Shown: one piece after another, positions 9,506 through 18,500 of the stretch | Position numbering within the stretch: position 1 is the stretch's first letter | Layout: each line of letters starts with the position of its first letter | Assembly: GCA_001275005.1 (NCBI GenBank) | Contig: JWZX01003146.1 | Coordinates: 1 to 48,791 of the forward strand | Reading direction: 5' to 3' | DNA: 48,791 nt | Origin: Chrysochromulina tobinii | Lineage: Eukaryota | The notes under the pieces: generated by a model | What the model was told of the DNA's origin: nothing | Seen by the model: only the letters and a program-made list of their open reading frames with translations | Database searches by the model: none | Program-made: the position numbers and the translations under genes

Positions 9506-12500
9506 ATGTCGGGCGTCTTGCTCGCGTCGGCTCCTCCCCTTACGGTAACTCAGAAAAATAGCGCGCGCGGCGCGACTGGCGCAACGTACGTCCAGGCAGA
9601 CACACACAACCAGGCAGCATCACGACGCCCACGCAAGCCAACGCTGCCCCGCCCGCATGCAGCGGAAAGAAAAAGGGGGGTCCAACAGGTCAACGTCACC
9701 ATGCAGGACTCCATGCGGCTATTGTCTACGGTGACACAGACGGGCGACAAGCAGATCGGCAGCACCACGATGCCCCCGCAAGCCAACGCTGCGGCGCCCG
9801 CATGCAGTGAAGAAGAAAAAGAGGGGCTAGACATCTGCAGACAACACGCCTTTTTGGCAGGGCTCAAAAGACGATGGACAAGAACCACGCGCGCGCATAC
9901 GTCAACGTCACCACAAACCAGGCAGCACACTCCATCGGCAGACTACGCTTCGAGCTCAACAAGCTCGCCGCGCTGGGCAACCCGCAGACAGCCGCACACG
10001 CCATCCGGCTGCTCAAATGGGCAGCAGCGCAGCAGCAGCGACGTCTCGCAAAGAAGATTGCCCAATCTGACGCGCGCGACGTCACAGCACGCGCCGCTGC
10101 ACAAAATGACGATGATCAGAACGATGACGACAAGATTGATTGCGAAAATGAACATGACGATGATTGCGATTACAGCAACGATTGCGACCACCAGCAGCGA
10201 CTGCCCACGCAGCTCAAAGCGTTACCCCGCGCCGGAGCCGAGGCGCGAGCCCGCTGGGCCCTCGCCCGCGCCAGCGGCGCACTGTACAAGAATACGTGCG
10301 GCACGGGCAACGCAGCCGGCACTGCCGAAGCCCTCCGAATTTGGAACCACATCTCCGTCGTCTGCTGCCGAGTCGACTGCCACGCACTCGTCGACCTCAA
10401 GGCGGCACGCCGCCAAGCCCGCGCCCAAGGCAGAGCAAACTTCATCCCTGGAGACGGGTGCGCGGGACCGTTCTGCTCCGCTGATCACCGACGAAACCGC
10501 TTTGCAAACCGGCAGCTCGCCCAAGCCGACCAGATCGACCGCGGAGAAAGACTGCTGGCCCGCTGGCCCACCGACCGAATGGACAAGGAAATCTACGTGT
10601 ACAACAACGAGCACGCGAACACAAGAGCAGCCGAAGCCCGACAAACCGCCAAACGCCCGACTGCCTAATCCCATGAGAGCGATACTGATTGCAGCGACGA
10701 TCATGATGACGACAATGATGACGATGACGATAATGACAACTGCAATCATGATGATAGATTCGAGTACCAAAACTAATGACCCGAGTACCATGACCCGAGT
10801 ACCAAAGACGATGATGAGAGTGAAGAACAACTTGACTGTGATGAGTAGCCTCGACCTCACCACTGACAACGATTCTCCAAAGCCCATCAAGTTGATGAAC
10901 CCATCGGATCTCACGACAATGAAAGAGATGAACCTGATTGCGACGACGATTATGATGATGATGATGATGACAGCAGGTGACAGCGACGGAGCCGAAGGCA
11001 CGAACGGCACCGCGAACGACGGCAACAGCAACGACGCCGGCGACAGCGGAAACAAAGGAGGCGCCGATGGCGACAGCGCCGGCGGCAGCAAGGGCAGCGA
11101 CGGCAGCGGCAACGGCAGCGGCGGCAAAGGCGGCGGCAGCGGCGGCAACCCCGGCGGCAGCGGCGGCAACCCCGGCGGCGGCGGCGACAACCCCGGCGGC
11201 AGCGGCGACAACCCCGGCGGCAGCGGAGACAACCCCGACGACGACGACGAAGCGGATGGCGAAGCCGATGGCGGAGACGAGCCCACCGACGAGAATGCTG
11301 ACAAGGACGACACGAAGGACATCCCAAGACATCGATGGGAAGAGACGTATAGCCCATCATGGACGAACCCACCCACAACGCACGTCGACCAACAAGAAAG
11401 GCAAGCCATGCTAGCTGCGCTGGAGATCCAACGCCTACTTCACGGAGCAGCCGCGCGCGCCCGGCTCCTGGTACGCGCCGACGAACGAGAGCCGAATATA
11501 GACTGGCCACCGAACAATTGCACTGCCGATCAACTCCAAGTACTTGAAGAGACAGCCATCAAGTCCATCTACACGTTCGCGAGCAGCCCTGAGAAGATCA
11601 ACGAGAAAGAGCTGACCACCATCTTGGACTACATCACACGAGCTGAAGAGATACAAGAGATCGACAACATCAACTTATCCTACATCATCACGGAGAATAC
11701 GTCAAACTTCCTGTACCAGTGGATGATACGACACAGCGGCACGTACCCAAGACAACAAGTACGGAAGGGACTCAGGACGCTGGCCGTAAAGGTCGCGGAG
11801 GCGGAGACCAAGGCAGAGCAAGACCGCATCGTCTACGCACGGCTAGCCCAACACGCAGAAGAAGACGGCGAGCACGAGCACAGCTACTACAAGTTGGTCG
11901 CCACCAACGTCAACGGTCGACTACGTCTCAAAGATCGTGAACACCTTCTTCAACAAGACGATGAGACGCTCGATGACGAGGCCGTTCGAGGCGATCAGAC
12001 AATGCAAAGGGAACCCGACTGCGCCCTCTCAACAATCTTAGGCTGGCTGCAAGACCCGACGTCGAACGTAGCGGGCGTGTGGGCCGTCGAGACGCACCTC
12101 AACGACAAGGACGCGGACGAAATCATCGACCACCTGAGCACTTTCCATCCGGCCATCGGCATGCTAGTCTCGATCAAGATCAAAGAGGACTCTAGCGCCG
12201 GGCTTGCTTTTCTGTACCGCGTCGACGTTCTTGAACCCCTCACGCCCCTGCAGCCTCCCTTTGCATTCCACACCGCAGATGGGCATCTACATCCAAAGCC
12301 AGACCGCCTGCCCAAACCTCGACCCGAGAATGACCGACTTGTAAGACACGTATGGCATGGCCGCCTCGCCGATATCAGACTAAAGTGGAGCCGCGACTCG
12401 ACCGAGATGATCACTACGGGCGTCTACGTGCCGCAAGTCAATCGCGAGGCCGACAACATCCTGTGGTTCGAGATGGCTACCCAAGATTGGAGCACGTACA

Positions 12501-15500
12501 ACGCTCTCCGAGGTGCACAGGGCGACTTCAACGCGACGCCACGCTACACAGGGAAGAAGCCCCAGACGGCGCAGAAGCAGGCGAATCAACGGCTCGATCA
12601 ACTCCTAGCGACGACAAAATCCGAGCCGATCGGCGACTTGGCTCAATGGACTCACCAACAACCTGTAGGGACGGCCGGACAAGCACCCGATGCCAGAGGC
12701 GTTACAAGAACCACCATCGACCTCAACGTCATCGGCGAGGCGCTTGCACCGCGCTTGAAGGCCTGCGATGTGATGCCCAAGACGAGCGGCGACAAGAGTT
12801 TTCACAGGTCGGTGGGCTACTACTACAAGGTCAGAGGCCAGGAACCAACGAAGGCACAAGTGGCGCGCCCCAGCACCATCGACAAGATCGGCAAGTCAAA
12901 AAAGGAAATCGAAAGCGAGACGCCAACAGGCTGGAAACTGTGGATCGACCTGATGCCCATCGCCGTGAAAGACGCCGCCTGTCTGCTGAACGGCATAGCG
13001 CCAGGAGAGCACATCAGGCCGGACCTGGTCGCAGCAGCATTCTCAAGGTCGAACCCGGTCACCGCCATCGCCGTATTCAAGTACCACATCATGGAGACTG
13101 CCCTCGACCTTCAACGCGAGAAAGCGGGCAAGGGCATCAAGCAGACGACGAAGACAGAATATCTACGAGGACTCGAAGAAAAATGGATTAAGATGATCTC
13201 GACGGTCAATGCGCTGCCCGAGGACGACAAGAGCTTCGACAAGCATGCGGAGGTCAGGCCGGAGTACGAAGCCTCCTTCAAGATGAGAGAGATACCGAGA
13301 GCGATCGTCAAGCTCCCCGAGCTCAACCTGAACAACAAGGCGCGCAAGGCCCGCGAGATGGCACTCGTCGAGAAGGCCTACAATGCTGCCGTCGAAAAGT
13401 ACTCGAGGCGACTCAACGACGCCACGCTCGACCTGCTCGCAGAGGAGATGGAGGAGCTCTCGGAAAAGACCGAGGCAAGAGGCGGGTTCCAGCACGAGGC
13501 GTGGCGCCTAGCCAAGGAGCACTCGATCGCAGCGCGCACCAAGTCCTTCCAACCGAGGCACGCGTCCGGCATCAACACGCTGCAGCTCGATGAGAGTGCC
13601 AAGAAGGGCGAAAGCCCGACGGTATCGGGCGACAAGTTTCGGGTACTCCTCGCCAACAGATACGCAGCGAAACAGGCCGCGCGCCCCGGCCACCCCGGCC
13701 CATGGCTGCACCTCGCCGACGCCGTGAATCTCTTGCACCCCCAGCACGCAGACATCAGTACTGATTCGTCGGCCGAAGATGGGATTCGCTACGACCACCC
13801 CTCCCTGAAATCCGTGATTGAGACCGGAGCGTGCCCGGCCCGCGCTCAAATCCAGCACGCGACCGAGATTGAGTCCATCATGATTGCCCTCGACCATATG
13901 CAGAGCAGCCTCGAAGCAGATACGCGCAGAACTTTTGAAGCGTTTGATTCGCAGATCAACAGAGTCAAGATGAACATGGCCACTGGCACGGACAAGTTTC
14001 ACGCCTACTTCATCCGCAAAGGAGGAGCGCTGGGAAAGAAGGTGTACAAGTACCTGCTCTCAAGGCTCTACGAAGCTGAGATGATGGACAAGGCAGGCCT
14101 GACCTGGCAGATTGCAATGGCGCTCAAGGCCAAGCGCAACCCGCACACAGTCAAAGGCTACCGCGACATTATGGTCAGCTCGCACGACTGGAAGATCATC
14201 ACGGGATGCATGGGGAGCCAATACCAAAGGTGCGTCGAGCGCCGCCGTCCAAGTGAACAGATCGCCTACGAGAGTGGAACCTCGAGTTCGTGCACTCGGA
14301 TCACACTCGGTCACCGCGCGCGCACGACTTTGGCAATGCACCAAAGAGAAAGGCGAGCTGAGTTTATGTCCGACTTTAGTTCATTCTTCCCGAGCATCAT
14401 CCACAAGGTCGTTTTCGAAGCAGAGCGACGAGTCGGAGCCCAACGGAGTCACACGAGGATGCTTTGGGCAACGCACGCGAGAGTAGTCGCGTCGATCCGC
14501 ACGGCCTCAGGCATGACGCCAACGAGACCAATCAACCGAGGCGTCGGCCAAGGCTGCAAACTGGGCGGCCCCCGATCACTAATCGTCACCCTACCCATCA
14601 TCGAGCTTCAACGGCAATGCGTTCCGGCACAGAAGCTTATCGCCCCCAAAGGATTTGGCAGGCACGGTTGTACAAGTTGGATGAGCGACGACCAAACCTC
14701 CGACCCACCGCCTTTTGACAGTCTTGTACAGCTCGCAATCGATGTCTTCATGCACGGCGCCGAGCTTTGCGCCCAACTCCAAGTAGATCATGAAGCAGAA
14801 GCAGCCGACAAGACGAGCGCGAAGCTCTCGCACTACAAGGACAGAGGCACGGTCTGCACCGACGACGAGACAAACTTTGTGCACGTCATCAAGCAAGCAG
14901 GTCGACTCGCACAGCGACCACTCGCAAGATGCCAAGAGTACAAGCAGATAGGCACAGAGAGCACCCATGGCACCAACTTTAGCGCCATCGTCAAGAGGAC
15001 CACGGACAACATCATCGCTCTGATCACGCACGTCTCCAAGCTCGGCGTCACCAATGCGGAGCACGACATCCGGATGGCCAATTCCATCATCTTTGGGACG
15101 CTCTCTTTCCCAAGCCGAGGTACGCCCTTCCCCGCACGTGACTTGGAGCGAATCTCAACTGCCTGCCGACAGGTGCTTGTCAACCACGGCCATCTCAACA
15201 AGTCCGAGCCGGCCGCGATCAATTTTGCCCCGCGCAGTGCAGGAGGACGCGAACAAGTCGTTCCGCAGGCAGTGGCCGATGCATCGCTCGTCACGCAGAC
15301 CTTGTTGCTCCTCAACAACGCCGATGGAGATCGCGACAAGGCGGCCATCGAGAGCCTCTTCTTCGTCAACGCGTGCGCCTTTGGATGGACGAGCACCATC
15401 GAGGAGCCAAACCCGATCGATTTCGACGTAACCGAGGTACAAGATCTCCTACTCGAGGCGCTGCCGTGGGACGCGTTCCAGCTCGCGTTGATCCGCCTCG

Positions 15501-18500
15501 AACTACGCATCAGCAAAACTACGCGAGACAGCCAGAGCGCATGCTCACTGCGAGCGCACGTGCCTGCAGACGCCATCCCGCCCGAGGAGAAGCTCGTCCA
15601 CTGGAACGAGGCGGACAACTCCAATCTCAGGTCCCCGCGCATCGAGCCCGGTGGCAGGCCACCATTGATGCCCCGATGGCCACGATCCCGGCGATTGTGC
15701 TTCTTAGGGTTGCACAGGTTTGACCAGCTGCTGCTAGGAGTACGACAACCGTTCAAGAGGCCAACGAAGAACGAGCAGTCGAGCCGCGGCGAAGGATTCG
15801 CTCACGACGGCTACAAATACTTGGAGCCCGAAGGACGAGCCCATGGGTGGTACCCGTACTACGCCAACGACCCGACCGTGTCCGACCTGTTCCTGCACGA
15901 CCAAGACTCTCTCTCGGCGATCGACGAAACCACGATGCGCGACTACCACGTCACGGTCCGATTCAAATCGTTCACGACGCTAACCGCAGAGCTTCGAGAA
16001 CGTCACGTGCACCTAGATCAAGAAGACCGGAGAAATCTCTCGGCGCTCTGCGAGATCTTCAAAGCTGCGCACCGCTACGAACAAGGCACGAACGACCTTA
16101 TCGACGCGATCCATGCGTTCGCGCACAAGGCGGCCACAGCGATGCTCGAGAGGGACCAGGAAATGCTCGAGAACATCGCAGAGTTTGCCCAACAGCAAGC
16201 AGGGCAACGACTCGGCGACAAGTTCGTCTTCATCGGCCGCAAGTTACGAGCTCAACGACCGCGCGAGGAAATGTTGGAGCAGATCAGGAAGAGCGAGGAG
16301 GTCACCGAGCACACGGACGAGCACGTCTACGAAACACAGCGTGAGTACAGCGAGCAGCACACGTACGAGTATCTGAGCAGGGAGGCCATCATTGACATCG
16401 CCACCAAGTACGAGAATGCGTGGGAGCATGAGAGGAAGACGTTGCCAAGGGACCTTGTCAAGTACCTCAAAACAGGAAGCCTGCACACTGCCGCCGAGTG
16501 CATCGCCGCGCTCCAGGAATCTGACCTACGCGGTACTCAGGCCCGTTCGTTCGCAGAGCACCTGCAACAGCTGGACGCGAGCGGCACGAGACCTGATCTC
16601 AAGGAACGGCACGGAGCACTTGACGATGAGGCGACCGCAAGAGCGATCATCGCCACTACCGAGGAGCTCATCGGCACGTGGGCGCCGAGCCAGTGGCACG
16701 CGGGAGAATCGCCGGCGGAGACTCAGCTGGTACAAGACCGCACCCGCCTCCAGCGCACATGGCGCCGACCAAGAAGGCAGACGTACGTTCGGGGCGGCAT
16801 TGATGATCGAGGGAAGCACACCCTCTCCCTCGAGCCCTCGAAGCAGGACAAGGCGCACGCTCGACGATTCTTCATGCCTCTCAACCCGTACTCGCACACG
16901 GATTCGTGCTACAGGGCGGTCAACGCATCGGGCGGTCTCCTCTTCAAGAACTCGACGAGCATCTATGACTGCATCAACCCCCAGGTATGCTGCACGCCTC
17001 TCCTTGCCATATTCACCCGCGTACGCAAACTCGAAGACGGCACAGGTATCAAGGTCGTCGACTGGACGGGGGAGGAGATCACGGTCAAGATCCTTGACAA
17101 GGAGAAACTCAAGATGAACGCCGACCAGGACCGCGAACTTCTTCAACGACTCGCTCCAATGGAAGACCAGCGCAAGTACACGGCGGTGTGGTTTGGAGAC
17201 GGCGGGCGGAAGGGCGCTGACGGGGCACTGGACAGGCGCGTCTCTTGGGGCGCTGTCGTCGTATGGAAATCGTGCGGCACGCTGATGCGCAACTACCACC
17301 TTGGCGCGTTGCATCCCGAGTGCGACATCCAACACGGAGAGCTCATGCAGATCTACAAGTCCACGGAGTTTTGCATCGAGCAGCTTCGACAAGGAGAAAC
17401 GGTACGGATGCTGTGCGGCTCTGACTCCCAAACCTGCGCAGATGACGTCGAGGCAGCACGATCGGCACGGAACCACCGAGACTTGCACGACTACGATGCG
17501 AGCATCATGGTCGAGACTATCGTCCACAACATCATGACGATCGAGTCGAAAGGCGGCATCTGGGACCTGTTCCGAGTGCCCGGCCACTCGTACACGCCCA
17601 ACGTCATCGCGGACGCGCTAGCGACGGCAGCCCAAACATGTCAACAGTTCAGCCAGGAGGTCGAGATGAAGACGGACCGGGCTTTCGTCGTGCTCTGCGA
17701 CCGCACGGAAGATCAACCTTTCTGGCTGCAGTACGACAAGGGCGCCAAGATGTTCCGATACCTACGTCTTCGAGGTCAACAACGCAGAGTCGAACGAGAA
17801 CTACGAGAATTCCACGCCAAGCACGCCAAGAATCTCATCGCCCAGACCAAGCAGGATCAGGCCTTCAACCTCATCGAGATCATCAAGATGAGGCTGAAGA
17901 GCTCTTACGGAGTCCCGCTCTCGAGAGCGATGCTCGACCGACGAGCCCTTGCCCTAGCCCAAGAACAACTAGAACACGAACGGATCGAAATGCAGAAGAA
18001 GCTCGACACGATCATCTACCCGATCCTCAACTACGACGCCCTCCCAAGCCTTGGCATCAAGATGGACGCGCCGCGATGGACGACCGCGGTCGAGCAGTTT
18101 GTGGCAGAACCTTGGCTCACGAGATCAGCGACCAGGTTCAACGTGTCGTTCCAATTCGCCAACACCGCCCTCCGCACGGATGCCAGCGTCATCCCGGGCG
18201 TTACGGTGTGCCCCTTGTGCAAAAGAGATGTGAGCCCAACGGTATGGCACTTGATGACCGAGTGCACGCTGAAGACGTGCGAGCTTAACATGCCGCACCT
18301 CCCGCCAAGAGTACCTTTAACGACGACTGCCCAAGACCCAACGTCCACAGACGACGAAGCGACAGCCCCTTCGGCGAAAGTGGCCAGAGGAAGCAACGCG
18401 TACCTGGCCCAGGAGATCTTGTGGACGCTGCGAGAATTCCGACCTGCAGGCGAAGCTTGGCCAACAGACCTGCTGGAGCCGAACGAGAAAAACACCTTCC

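Noticed and set aside
9503..9620. HDV-like ribozyme at the element's 5' end (CTCCTCCCC resembles an L3 loop)
   Set aside because: I could not build the required P1/P2/P3 pairings.
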